A DNA stretch of 64,000 bases from the IMG/VR virus record IMGVR_UViG_3300029935_000001, positions 1 through 64,000 of that record. The stretch is one strand, 5' to 3'. Below are positions 48,292 to 59,514 of the stretch, piece by piece. A program made the translations under genes and the position numbers. Under the pieces are notes generated by a model, which saw only the letters and a program-made list of their open reading frames with translations, searched no databases and was not told where the DNA came from. The DNA comes from a virus. Taxonomy: Duplodnaviria; Heunggongvirae; Uroviricota; Caudoviricetes. Numbering within the stretch: the stretch's first letter is position 1; each line of letters begins with the position of its first letter.

Positions 48292-49986
48292 ATGATAGAC
48301 ACTGCTGCGCTACTAACAAAAACCGGGAAGCTTTCGTCCGAAAAGCTAAAGCAACTCAGTTTAGAAGAAAAAACTTTACTGCTCAACTCAACCGGTGCCC
48401 AATCGCTAAGCGAAGCGGTATATTTGACACACTACCGCACTGTTAAAGCGCAATGCGAGCAGTGCGGGGCTCTAACAGCTTTTAAGAGCTTTTCTGCTGG
48501 GTATCGCAGATTCTGTTCAGCTAAGTGTTCAGCAACCGCAACCTCTACAAAGGCCGCTCGAGAGCAAACTTGCTTAGCTGAATACGGCACGCAATTTGCG
48601 TCGTCTTCGAAGCAGGTCCGTGAGAAAGTGGCAAGAACTCTACAAGATAGGTTTGGAGTCGCACACCATCTACAGCGGGAAGATATTTTACAAAAACGAA
48701 CCGATACTAATATTCAAAGGTACGGTGGGGCTAGTCCCAGGGCCAGTGCGGCAGTCCGCAGAAAAACAGCCGAGACCAATGTCCGCCGATTTGGAGTCGA
48801 AAGTGCTTTCAGCTCGGCTGCGGTCAGAGAGAAAATCAAAGCCACTAACCTAGAAAAATACGGAGTTGACAATCCCGGAAAGTCGCCAGAGATACAAAAG
48901 AAAATACAAGCCACTTTATTAGAAAAGCATGGGGTGAGCCACTGGTTTCAAACAGCTAACGCACACCAAAATCCAGGCTTGCTACTTCTCCGAGACAAAA
49001 ATAGACTAGTTGATCTCTACCCGTTACGCTCAATAACCGAAATTGCAGCCGAACTTAGAGTCAGCGAATCGACGGTTTACAACTACTTAAATCATCATAA
49101 CTTACAAGAAAAGTTTCGATCTTCGTTCGAACAGGAGATTGTTACGTTTCTTGAGTCCCTTGGAGTTTCGAACATAGTGCAGAACTCCAGAAAAGTGATC
49201 CCTCCAAAAGAACTTGATATTTTCTTACCCGATCATAATCTAGCTATTGAATTTAACGGCGTTTACTGGCATCACGACGGACGGTTGCCTGACCCGCTTT
49301 ACCACTATAACAAGTTTAAGGCCTGTGAAGAAAAAGGTATTTTGCTACTGTCTATCTTTAGTTTTGAATGGGAATCTAAGAAAGCTATCTGGAAGGAAAA
49401 AATCAAACACAAACTGGGGCTAGCTAATACTGCAACAGTATATGCCAGAAAAACTCGCATAGTTGCTCTTGCATCAAAAGAGCTCCGAGCTTTTTTAAAC
49501 ACAAATCATATCCAGGGATTTGCTGCGTCGCTGATTCGGTACGGTCTTGAATACCAAGGTAAAATAGTTGCTGTAATGACCTTTTCAGGAAAACGAGCAG
49601 GAATTGGCAGTAAGCAGAGAAAAGAAGGCTGGTATGAACTTGTGCGTTATGCTACTAGTTGCCCTGTTGTTGGCGGTGCGTCAAAGTTGCTTAAGCACTT
49701 TATCAAAACTCATTCTCCAAGCGCAATAACCTCTTACTCTGATAGCAATTATAGCACTGGTGGAATGTATCAAAAACTTGGGTTTAAACAAACAAACGAA
49801 ACCAAATCGAGCTACTCATATTATGACCCTAACACTGGGAAAATATACAACAGGTTTTCGATGACCAAGTTTAAGCTGGTTGAGCAAGGCCACGACCCAA
49901 ATAAAACCGAACGAGAAATCACTGCCGGTCTTGGATACCTACGAGTATGGGACTGCGGCACTCGGACTTGGGAATTGACCTGCTAG
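48292..49986 (+). CDS. Hef-like homing endonuclease
   Basis: T.L.KYG repeats, ELDIFLP...LAIEFNG.YWH, WDCG. Confidence 0.85.
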   Translation: MIDTAALLTKTGKLSSEKLKQLSLEEKTLLLNSTGAQSLSEAVYLTHYRTVKAQCEQCGALTAFKSFSAGYRRFCSAKCSATATSTKAAREQTCLAEYGTQFASSSKQVREKVARTLQDRFGVAHHLQREDILQKRTDTNIQRYGGASPRASAAVRRKTAETNVRRFGVESAFSSAAVREKIKATNLEKYGVDNPGKSPEIQKKIQATLLEKHGVSHWFQTANAHQNPGLLLLRDKNRLVDLYPLRSITEIAAELRVSESTVYNYLNHHNLQEKFRSSFEQEIVTFLESLGVSNIVQNSRKVIPPKELDIFLPDHNLAIEFNGVYWHHDGRLPDPLYHYNKFKACEEKGILLLSIFSFEWESKKAIWKEKIKHKLGLANTATVYARKTRIVALASKELRAFLNTNHIQGFAASLIRYGLEYQGKIVAVMTFSGKRAGIGSKQRKEGWYELVRYATSCPVVGGASKLLKHFIKTHSPSAITSYSDSNYSTGGMYQKLGFKQTNETKSSYSYYDPNTGKIYNRFSMTKFKLVEQGHDPNKTEREITAGLGYLRVWDCGTRTWELTC

Positions 49987-50596
49987 TTTGACTCTGCTAC
50001 TTCAACACCATTCATGTAACTTCTTATCAGGCGTATTTACAGCAAAAGTTAGTGGCCGAGGCCGGTACTGGCACACTTTACAGCTTTTAGCGTTTTAAAT
50101 CGTTTTTGCCCGTTTATAAATCAGTGACTTACAGCGACCTGAGCCTTCGAAAATCGTCTATTTTTGCGTTGAACGCTAAAGTTGAGAGCACATTATGAAC
50201 ATGAACGACATCGACCGCTACAACCGAGTCCAAGAGCAGCTGGCTCACTACGGACTTACTGCTCGACGAGCGCCGAACTTCTACGATCGCATCAGTATCG
50301 GACCTATCGACGACCAAAGCTGCCCACCGTTTAGTGGCGGCGGTCATCTGGTTATGTTGTCTACATTTGAGGAGGTCGAGACTTGGCTGATTGGGTTCAT
50401 GAACGCCAGCATGGTATACTCGGCACTTGGCTTTGATCGCAAAAAAGTAGCAAAGGCCCAAGATCGACTGCGCAAGCAGCAGCTCATGGACACCCTCCGC
50501 AATCAAGAAAAAGAAGGAAATAACGAATAGTTAGCATTGACAAATGCCAACTGCCCAAGTATAATAACAACATCAACTAACAATCAAGGATGCGTA

Positions 50597-51868
50597 ATGG
50601 CTACTACTACTGCTGTCAAAGATAAGATCGCGAGCTTCACTGGCCCGATGGACTCGGCTATCGATCGTCAAGCTCGCGAAAAGCTGGTCACTGCGCGAAT
50701 CGGCATGCTGCTCCGCGCACCGTTCTTTGGCAACCTTGCTACGCGCATGAAGCTCATTAACGCCGACGAGTGGCTGTCAACTGCTGCTACCGACGGCCGG
50801 AACTTCTATTACAACAGCCGGTTCATCATGGCGCTGCAGACCAAGGAAGTTGAGTTCCTTGTTGGCCACGAACTGCTTCATGCATGCTACGACCATATGG
50901 GACGGCGCGGTCATCGCGATGCCCAACTGTATAACATCGCGTGTGACTACGCGGTCAATGCCGACCTCGTCAAGCACCGTGTGGGTGTGAAGATCACCAC
51001 GGTGCCTTGCCTACACGACGCCAAGTACGACGGCATGAGCTCGGAAGAAATCTACGACAAGCTGTACGAAGAGGCCGACAAGATTGACCTCCAGTCGCTG
51101 CTTGACCAACTACTCGACGACCACATGGACGGCGATGATGGCGCTGGCAACGGCGAAGGCGAAGGCGACCAGCAAGGTGGCAAGGGCAGTCGCCCAGCCA
51201 AGCTAAGTGCCGAAGAAAAGGCTCAGATCCGTGACGAGCTGCGTGAAGCGATGATCGCTGCTGCGCAACAGGCTGGTGCCGGCAACGTCCCCGGCGGTTT
51301 GGCACGTATCATCAAGGACCTTACCGAGCCCAAGATGAACTGGCGTGAACTGCTTCGTCAACAGCTCGAAAGCACTATCCGGTCTGACTACTCCTGGATG
51401 CGGCCGTCCAAGCGCGGCTGGCACCTTGACGCTGTAATGCCCGGCATGATGCCCGGGGAGATGGTCGACATTGCTGTAGCCCTTGATGCTTCGGGTTCGA
51501 TCTCGCACTCGATGCTAACCGACTTCCTCACTGAAATCAAAGGCATTATGGACCAGTTTGATTCGTACAAGATCCATGTGCTCACGTTCGACACCCAAGT
51601 GTATAACCCGCAGGTTTATACGTCCGACAACCTCGACGACATTACCGAATACCAGCTCGCCGGCGGCGGCGGCACGTCGTTCGAGTGTGTTACCGACTTC
51701 CTCAAGAACGAAAACATTGAGCCCAAGCGGCTTGTGTGGCTGACCGACGGGTACCCTTGCGGTTCGTGGGGCGACGAGAACCTTTGCGATCAGCTCTTTA
51801 TCATCCACGGCAACAACAAGATTGTAGCCCCGTGGGGCCAGACCGCGTACTTTGACCATGCCAACTAA
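50597..51868 (+). CDS. DUF2201-like metallopeptidase + vWA protein (MoxR partner)
   Basis: TAATDG, HELLH, DASGS, GGGGT, TDGY. Confidence 0.88.
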   Translation: MATTTAVKDKIASFTGPMDSAIDRQAREKLVTARIGMLLRAPFFGNLATRMKLINADEWLSTAATDGRNFYYNSRFIMALQTKEVEFLVGHELLHACYDHMGRRGHRDAQLYNIACDYAVNADLVKHRVGVKITTVPCLHDAKYDGMSSEEIYDKLYEEADKIDLQSLLDQLLDDHMDGDDGAGNGEGEGDQQGGKGSRPAKLSAEEKAQIRDELREAMIAAAQQAGAGNVPGGLARIIKDLTEPKMNWRELLRQQLESTIRSDYSWMRPSKRGWHLDAVMPGMMPGEMVDIAVALDASGSISHSMLTDFLTEIKGIMDQFDSYKIHVLTFDTQVYNPQVYTSDNLDDITEYQLAGGGGTSFECVTDFLKNENIEPKRLVWLTDGYPCGSWGDENLCDQLFIIHGNNKIVAPWGQTAYFDHAN

Positions 51869-52940
51869 CAAGGAAAGGGGCTTCGGCCCCTGCTACTATG
51901 CCGATTACTGTGCCCATCGACGACATTGTATTTGCGTGGAATAACTATCTCGAGTGTATTCACCGCCAGTATTATCTCGAGCATGGTACTGCAGACTGTC
52001 AACGTACAGGGCACTGGCCAAACTGGCGCAGGTATTTTAAGGCCTGTGCCAAGCGAGACTATGACATCACCGTGCTAGATAACAAAGGCCGTCCGTTGGG
52101 GCTGCACCAAAACACCAGCATCGGTTCGTTTGTGTTTGCTGACGAAGGTATGCTTACACAGTTTTTGCTCAAATACAGTGATATAAAGGAACCTTATGAA
52201 AGTTTTTGAAGAGTTTGAAGACGTGTCTGGCATGCTCGCATGCCGCAAAAAACCAGTAGTTGTTCATTATAAAGAAATCAACGAGGAGTTCCGTGTAAAA
52301 ACCCTCGAGGGCGAGATGCGCGGCAAGCCTGGCGATTTCTTGATGCGAGGAATCAATGGCGAGCTATACGTCCACGACCGTGAACTGTTTTTTAAAGCGT
52401 ACGACGTCCTCAACAATGCCAACACCTAACCATCTAACTTGGACTATTGCCGAAGATGATCCAATGATCCTTGAGATCAAGGATCAAACAACCAAGCAGG
52501 TCCTAATGCGCATCTTCCTCGGCGAAGCCATGGAAGCGGCCGGGAAAGAAGCAGTAATGGCCCATGTTGCCGAGTGCAATCGATCTATGTGGATCACCAG
52601 TTGGCATCAAAACACCAATAATCCAAAATGTCAAGTATGGACAGCCATTTCGAGCTAAGCGGCTGGTTTGGCGAGCTCGAACCCAAAGATATTGCAGATT
52701 ATCACCATCAACGCCAACTATCGTTTATTCCTACGCACTTTATAACCTGCGCTACTGAAAAAAATAAAACCGAAGTCTTTGACTGGATATATACACATGC
52801 AAACGGACGTTTTGCTGTAGTAGAGCAGGCTGTGCCGCACCCAGCAACCCCGCACCTAAAAATAACCCGCGTTGTAGCAGGCTTTGAAGATCCCAACGAC
52901 GCTCTGCTATTCTCTCTTTCATTTACATAAAGGAAAAACT

Positions 52941-54159
52941 ATGACCCAAGAAAACGCCACTCATGAAACCGTCGCGCAAGAACAAATTGCAGGATTTACT
53001 GTCCAGGACCTGGTTACGGTTAAGAGCATCATCGAAGTTGCTTCTACACGTGGCGCGTTTAAGGCCGACGAACTACAAACCGTAGGCAACACTTACACCA
53101 AGCTTGCTGCTTTCTTGGCCCAAGTGGAAGCTGCCCAAGGCGCTGCCGACGAACAAGAAGTAGCTAGCGAAGAAGTTGAGGGCGCTAAGTAATGTTTCTA
53201 AAACACATTGGTAAAAACGGCGATCGCAAAGTTGCTATTGTATTTCGCGAAGTACCGGGCGAAGAACACATGGCCCTTGTGCTATATCCAGAAACCTTGC
53301 CGCGGCATATCCACGATTCGGTCATGAAGGTAATCGAATCTCCCGAGGGTCAAACGTCAGAGACCCTCGGCGATGCGATGTTCCGCTCGTTGCTGGCTGA
53401 TGGCAGGCCTATGCTCGAAACCCTTCACAAAGAAGGTATGATTAAAAAGGTGCAAACTGCGCAAATCGTAGTAACCCCAAACGCTAAGAGCCACGTTCGC
53501 CTCGACGAGCTCAACAAAGTTATCAACGAACTCCGAACCGGCGAAAAGGCCAAGGAGCGGATGGAAGAACTTGACATTAACTCCGGGTTGGTCGATTCGA
53601 CTAGTAAGCGGCGCGAAGCTCGCGCCGTAACGGAAATGCCGTTTGTTGCACCAGCAGACGGAGTGCTAGATGACGCTGCAATTGCAACTAACTTGCTTAA
53701 ACAGGCCGATCAAATCCGAAACCAGGTTACTGGATTGTTAGCAGAAGCTGATCGCTTGACTAAAGAAGCTGCTGCACTGATGCCAAATGCAGCACCCGAG
53801 GCGCCTAAAAGCAAGCGCGGTCGTAAAAGCGTCAAAGTTGCTGTTGAGTAAATATGCACTATCTATCCGACGACTTTGTCAAAAAGTGGGAAGATATTGT
53901 TTCGGGCGTTGAACCAACAAGTGTGCCGCTTGAGTGCATCGAGCGGCTCATTATCAAGCTACCCAATCGAAAGCGCAAAACTATTAACCTCCAGACTCTT
54001 CGAAAACACGGTCTCACCAACGAGGAGCTAGAGCAGGTTATTAGCCGCACTCTCACCGAGTACGAAGCAGACCTTGTTAATGTTAGCTTCTACATCAACG
54101 TCGAGCTAGTAGCCGAGTTGGTTCAGCCTGTAACAGATTCAGTCCTTAAGGAACTATGA
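52941..54159 (+). CDS. three conserved jumbo-phage hypothetical ORFs (52941-53192, 53192-53851, 53854-54159)
   Basis: Coupled ORFs with RBS. Confidence 0.65.
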
Positions 54160-54629
54160 AAGCAATCTTTGCAATAGACCAAGAGGGGGGAATGGGCAAG
54201 GACGGTAAGCTACCGTGGCCAAAGATGAAGGGCGACCTTGCCCATTTTGCTAGACTAACCACCGGCGGCACTGTTATAATGGGACGGGGCACCTACGAGA
54301 GCAGCGACATGCCGTGTCCATTACCTAACCGTAAGAATGTGGTGCTGAGCAAAACTCTCCCGCGAGTGAAGCCCGGCATGGCGTTGTGCCGATCGGTTGA
54401 TGACCTCACCGAGTATGGCGATGCGGCTTGGGTCATTGGCGGCGCAGGCGTGCTCCACGAGCTATGGCCTGTAATCACCGAGGCTTACGTAACGGTGGTG
54501 AATGGCAAGTTCGCTGCTGACGCTCAGTTCAACATCGCGCTACTCGACGAGCTTGAAACAGTCGGCATTGAATCCAGCAACGAACACTTTACTATCAAAC
54601 ACATGAAACGACCATGCAGCAATACCTAA
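54156..54629 (+). CDS. folA: dihydrofolate reductase
   Basis: G.DGKLPW, D..HF, IMGR.T, LPNR.N.V, VIGG. Confidence 0.92.
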   Translation: MKAIFAIDQEGGMGKDGKLPWPKMKGDLAHFARLTTGGTVIMGRGTYESSDMPCPLPNRKNVVLSKTLPRVKPGMALCRSVDDLTEYGDAAWVIGGAGVLHELWPVITEAYVTVVNGKFAADAQFNIALLDELETVGIESSNEHFTIKHMKRPCSNT

Positions 54630-54685
54630 AAGACCTACAATATATCTTAGAGCATGGCGAACTGCGGCTGCGGCTAGACTTATGA
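54614..54685 (+). pseudogene. abandoned thyA 5' end (MQQYLKDLQYILEHGE...)
   Basis: Matches the N-terminus of thyA at 55482 (MQQYLDNLRYILDNGE). Confidence 0.85.
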
Positions 54686-54714
54686 ACAATTAGTGTCTTT
54701 GGCATAAATAGCGT

Positions 54715-55482
54715 ATGAACTATTATGCCATCTACTATCGTCTTATGGACCGAGCCAAAAACAGAATATTGTCAGCTGAATACCTCGAGACGCACCATAT
54801 TATCCCCAGGTGTCTCGGCGGCACTGACGCCCACGAAAACCTAATTCAACTAACTCCCGAAGAGCACTACATAGCGCACCAATTATTGACTAGAATATAC
54901 CCAAACAACAAAAAGATAATTTTTGCAGCCCACATGATGACTGTTGGCTTAAGGACCCATAGAAAAAATAAAGCCTACGGGTGGTTGCGCAAAAAAATGT
55001 CCGAGACTTCTAGCGGTGCCGGAAACCATATGTTTGGAAAAAAACACTCCCCTGACAGAAAGAAAAAATCTGCTAGGTACGGCGAGCAGAATGCTTTTTT
55101 TGGAAAAAAGCATTCAGTTGAATCTCGCAAAAAAATGTCTGACTCAAAGCGCGGCCGGCCCGGACTGCGCGCCGAGAAAAACGGAATGTATGGGAAAAAG
55201 CATTCTCAAGAGACCAAAGATAAAATCAGCCGAAATAATCCATACACAGGCACCGCAAGGACAGGACTTCATCCTAACACAGGCAGACCGTGCCCAGAAG
55301 AGTTAAAGGAACACTGTAAAAAGCTATTTACAGGTAAGAAAATTAAAGAAGAGGTTAGACTACGACTTATGAAGCCAAAGGGCCCACAGAAGATAGTAGT
55401 TTGCCCGCATTGCGGCAAACAAGGCGGCATATCTAACTTAACTAGATACCACTTCAATAACTGCAAACACAAGGTCACATAA
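54715..55482 (+). CDS. HNH homing endonuclease with NUMOD3 repeats
   Basis: ETHHIIPRCLGG, LTPEEHYIAH, GKKHS repeats, CPHC. Confidence 0.9.
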   Translation: MNYYAIYYRLMDRAKNRILSAEYLETHHIIPRCLGGTDAHENLIQLTPEEHYIAHQLLTRIYPNNKKIIFAAHMMTVGLRTHRKNKAYGWLRKKMSETSSGAGNHMFGKKHSPDRKKKSARYGEQNAFFGKKHSVESRKKMSDSKRGRPGLRAEKNGMYGKKHSQETKDKISRNNPYTGTARTGLHPNTGRPCPEELKEHCKKLFTGKKIKEEVRLRLMKPKGPQKIVVCPHCGKQGGISNLTRYHFNNCKHKVT

Positions 55483-56327
55483 TGCAACAGTATTTAGATA
55501 ACTTACGCTATATTTTAGATAACGGCGAAAAAAGAAGCTGCCGCACAGGAACCGGCACCATTGGCGTGTTTGGGATGCAATCACGCTATGATCTACGTCA
55601 GGGGTTTCCTGCAGTCACTACCAAGCGGCTTGCGTGGCGTGCGATGCTCAGCGAGCTGTTGTGGTTTATTGAAGGTAGCGGCGACGAGCGGCGACTAGCA
55701 GAAATCTTACACGGCACGCGCGATCCTGCAAAGAAGACCATTTGGACTGCCAACGCCGAAGCCGAGTACTGGAAACCAAAGGCTCGTCACGAAGGCGACC
55801 TTGGTAATATCTACGGTGTGATGTGGCGTAGTTGGCCAAATGCGCGCGGCACAGTAGACCAACTACAAAGACTCATCGACGGAATCCAGCGCGACCCGTA
55901 TAGCCGCCGCCACATTCTCACTGCTTGGAATCCAGGCGAGCTCGATCAAATGGCACTACCACCTTGCCACATCATGTCGCAGTTCTACGTAAGCAAACGC
56001 GGCGAGCTGTCTTGCCAGATGTATCAGCGCAGCGGGGATTGGTTCTTGGGGATTCCATTTAACATTGCTAGTTATAGCTTACTAACTCATATGATTGCGC
56101 AAGTATGCGGACTGTCTGTTGGAGAGTTTATTCACACCGTTGGCGATGCTCATTGTTATGTCAACCATTTAGAACAAATCAAAACACAGCTAGGCCGTTC
56201 ACCTTTGCCTCTGCCAACTTTATGGCTTAACCCTAATGTAAAAGAGATCACTGGATTCACAATGAATGACATAAAACTCATCGATTATACTTCTCACGGT
56301 GGCCTACCTGCCCAAATGGCTGTATGA
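55482..56327 (+). CDS. thyA: thymidylate synthase
   Basis: RTGTGT, ELLWF, MALPPCH, YQRS.D..LG.PFN. Confidence 0.95.
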   Translation: MQQYLDNLRYILDNGEKRSCRTGTGTIGVFGMQSRYDLRQGFPAVTTKRLAWRAMLSELLWFIEGSGDERRLAEILHGTRDPAKKTIWTANAEAEYWKPKARHEGDLGNIYGVMWRSWPNARGTVDQLQRLIDGIQRDPYSRRHILTAWNPGELDQMALPPCHIMSQFYVSKRGELSCQMYQRSGDWFLGIPFNIASYSLLTHMIAQVCGLSVGEFIHTVGDAHCYVNHLEQIKTQLGRSPLPLPTLWLNPNVKEITGFTMNDIKLIDYTSHGGLPAQMAV

Positions 56328-56352
56328 ATCTACTTCTGAGATACATATATGT

Positions 56353-57147
56353 ATGACCACATATATCAAACCATACACATACATCGCAATACACAAGGTG
56401 TCGGGGTACTTTTATTATGGAGTACGATTATCAAACAAAGTCCCAGCTACACGTGACCTTGGTGTTTTGTATTTTACGTCATCAAAAACTGTAAAAACTA
56501 TTGTCGAAGCTGAGGGTACAGACGCTTTTATTTGGATAATAAGACACGAGTTTGACGATAAAAAAAGAGCGGCTTATTGGGAATACAAAGTTATTCGTCG
56601 GATGCTTAAACACCCGAAAATTTTAAATAAGGCAGTATCGCCGATTAATGTCCCCGGTAACTGGTATACAAATGGTGAGATTAATATATTAGGAAAATAC
56701 TGTCCGATTGGGTTTGTTTCTGGCAGAACATACGTCGAAACACCTAATAAACAAGCAGGATACACAAAACAAAAGCTACGAGTTTGGTGGAATAACGGGG
56801 TAGTATCAGTCCACACAGAAATTGCGCCGGGGCCGGGATGGGTCCACGGGAGACTAAAAGCCGATCTCAAAAACTGGAATGGTTCAAAACTCGCCGGAAG
56901 ACAGTGGTGGAACAACGGCCAAGTTCATTATCGAGGCAACAACCCCCCTGACGGGTTTGTTCTTGGCAGAGTAAAGATAAAGAGGCGGGAAAAATCTGCC
57001 CCTCGGGCGGCAGAATCTAATGCCCAGCATGCTGCCAAGATGAAACTAAAAAAATGGTGGACAAACGGTACTGATGCTGTTTTTGCTGATCACTCACCAG
57101 GGCCCCATTACGTTCGTGGTCGCAAACTCAAGAAAGCATCGCTATGA
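56353..57147 (+). CDS. GIY-YIG-like homing endonuclease with WWNNG repeats
   Basis: YTY.....YYGVR, YFTSSK, repeated W(W/Y)(N/T)NG...P.G...GR. Confidence 0.8.
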   Translation: MTTYIKPYTYIAIHKVSGYFYYGVRLSNKVPATRDLGVLYFTSSKTVKTIVEAEGTDAFIWIIRHEFDDKKRAAYWEYKVIRRMLKHPKILNKAVSPINVPGNWYTNGEINILGKYCPIGFVSGRTYVETPNKQAGYTKQKLRVWWNNGVVSVHTEIAPGPGWVHGRLKADLKNWNGSKLAGRQWWNNGQVHYRGNNPPDGFVLGRVKIKRREKSAPRAAESNAQHAAKMKLKKWWTNGTDAVFADHSPGPHYVRGRKLKKASL

Positions 57148-57468
57148 AAGTAATCATATGGGAGCGGAAGGTCGACGTCAGTGTCCTCGACGGTGACGAC
57201 TTTACTCAGCCTGAGCGAGCCGAGTTTTACGCCTGGCTCGCCGAGACCGAAGAAGGCCAGTGGGTCCGCGAAAACTTCAAGCAGCACAACTTCAAGGTAG
57301 ACGCCAGCGTGAACCACGACACTTACCAGCATCAGGTTCGCGTCTACATCGAAAGCGAACCGTCAGCCACGCTCACTGCCTACCTTCTCCGGTTTCGCCA
57401 CTCTGCTTGACACTGCAGGCGACCTGCTGTATAATAGCAACTAACAACTCTAGAGTGACTCTACACAA

Positions 57469-58446
57469 ATGAATAAACCTCCCACTCGACCGTATACGAT
57501 GCTGATTGGCGGTGCCGGCTTTATTGGACAGCATCTGATTCGAATGTTCCAGCAGGCCCGGCATTATATCCACGTTGTTGACCCTGTAAAGATCTACGGA
57601 AATGGTGTTTCTAGTGACGTGTTGTTTGCTGAACGGCGGCGCCGGCTTGAGTTAGTTGAGCGTAACTGTGACGCCGTTACCGAGCAAGTCCAAGACGCTG
57701 AGTATTGCTCCCCCGACGTTATCGTATACTTAGCCGGGGTCCCGCGACACGCAGAAGCGCTGACTGCGCCAGTGGATGCTGCCCGATCTATGATTACTGA
57801 TCTGATCCGTGCATTAGAGATTGCTGCTCGGAACGGTGTTCGGCGATTTGTTTACGTCTCAAGCTCAATGGTGTACGGAGATTTTGCGGCGCCGATTCGC
57901 GAGGAGGCCCCGCTTAACCCTATAGGTATCTACGCTACCCTCAAGCGCTCAGGCGAAGAGCTAGTCAAGGATTTCGCAATGCGCAGCGGATTCGAATACG
58001 TGATCGTACGGCCCACTGCTGTCTACGGCCCTGGTGACCTACCTAACCGTGTGGTGCCCAGGTTTTTCGAGCGTGCCCTCCAAGGCCGGACCTTAAAGGT
58101 GAATGGGCGCGACGAGGTGCTAGACTTTACTTATGTAACAGACACTGCCCGCGGCATTTTTCTAGCTGCTACCGTTGACGGCGCCGAGAATGACACGTAT
58201 AATATTAGCTACGGCACCGCTACTCCAATCTATGATGTGGCCGCCAAAATAGTCGATTTGCTCGGCGAGGGAATAATTGAAGTCAAGGGCCGCCAAGCAA
58301 ACTTTCCAAGTCGACACGCACTAGACATCACAAAGGCTCAAGACAAGCTTGGGTATCGTCCGGAAGTTGACATTAACACAGGGTTAAAAAAACTAAACAA
58401 ATGGCTAACATTTCAGACGCTAAGCAAATTCCATTTTTCGGAGTAG
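57469..58446 (+). CDS. NAD-dependent epimerase/dehydratase
   Basis: GGAGFIG, SSS.VYG, Y...K. Confidence 0.9.
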   Translation: MNKPPTRPYTMLIGGAGFIGQHLIRMFQQARHYIHVVDPVKIYGNGVSSDVLFAERRRRLELVERNCDAVTEQVQDAEYCSPDVIVYLAGVPRHAEALTAPVDAARSMITDLIRALEIAARNGVRRFVYVSSSMVYGDFAAPIREEAPLNPIGIYATLKRSGEELVKDFAMRSGFEYVIVRPTAVYGPGDLPNRVVPRFFERALQGRTLKVNGRDEVLDFTYVTDTARGIFLAATVDGAENDTYNISYGTATPIYDVAAKIVDLLGEGIIEVKGRQANFPSRHALDITKAQDKLGYRPEVDINTGLKKLNKWLTFQTLSKFHFSE

Positions 58447-59504
58447 CGCGCCAAAACAAACTTCTGCAGGACAAACTTACGCCGGTGATTCAGTCTACTC
58501 TGAACTCCGGCATACTTATGAACGGGCCGAATGTAGCAGCACTTGAGACTCATCTAGCCGAGTACACCGGGTTCAAGTATGCGATTGGAGTTGCAAATTG
58601 TACTCAAGCACTCGAAAGCGTATTAGCTGCGCATACGCCCCACAACAACGAGCCGCTTAGTATTTGTATTCCTGCACTAACATACAAAGCTACCATAAAC
58701 GCAGCGATGCGGGCGCGGATGCGTCCTGTTATCCTCGACGTTGATGTCGACGGTCTTATTACTGGTAGCCCATTTGCTGGGGGAGAAACACCTGCGTTGG
58801 CATGTATAGTAGGTCTGTATGGTAACGGCACAGGGGGCTCGCCTCCTGGCATGTCGCACATTCGCGACGCAGCGCAAGACTGGCCAGTACTCAAAGAAAA
58901 TCCGTTTTATAATGGCACCGCTACTGCGTCTTTTGACCCTACTAAGAACCTATATGGAGTCGGCGGCGGCGGAATGGTCTTTACTAACTCGAACTATGTT
59001 GCTACATTTGTTCGCAGCTGGCGCGCAAACGACGGCGACCGTTTAACGGCTGGCACCAACTCCAAAATGAGCGAAGTTGATGCTGCTGTGATGCTGGCTA
59101 AGCTAGAATACTTCGACCACTGGCAGCAAAGGAGGAATATCATTGCCCGACATTGGACGCTCGCGCTCGAGCCGTATGAGGGCGTGGTGCGGCCGCTGTA
59201 CCACCGTGGGAACTGGCATTGCCATGCAGTACAGAAATACGTAATTGAGCTTACGCAAGTGGATCGCAATCTGTTCCGTAAGCACCTGTGGGACCAGGGC
59301 ATTGAGACTCGGATTCATTATGACCTGCCATTACACGAGATGATTAACTACTCGCGTTTTACCAACCCTGGGCCTCTTAGTGTAGCAAGTTGCTTAGCTC
59401 GGAAGGTAGTATCGTTACCGATTTACCCTGAGCTAAGCAACTCGGAGGCTGAGCATATTATTGCTACAGTTAAACGAGGTATCGAGCTGTATAGAACTTA
59501 TTAG
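58401..59504 (+). CDS. DegT/DnrJ/EryC1 aminotransferase
   Basis: DAAQ, SF.PTKNL, SLPIYP. Confidence 0.9.
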   Translation: MANISDAKQIPFFGVARQNKLLQDKLTPVIQSTLNSGILMNGPNVAALETHLAEYTGFKYAIGVANCTQALESVLAAHTPHNNEPLSICIPALTYKATINAAMRARMRPVILDVDVDGLITGSPFAGGETPALACIVGLYGNGTGGSPPGMSHIRDAAQDWPVLKENPFYNGTATASFDPTKNLYGVGGGGMVFTNSNYVATFVRSWRANDGDRLTAGTNSKMSEVDAAVMLAKLEYFDHWQQRRNIIARHWTLALEPYEGVVRPLYHRGNWHCHAVQKYVIELTQVDRNLFRKHLWDQGIETRIHYDLPLHEMINYSRFTNPGPLSVASCLARKVVSLPIYPELSNSEAEHIIATVKRGIELYRTY

Positions 59505-59514
59505 TCTCAGACCT

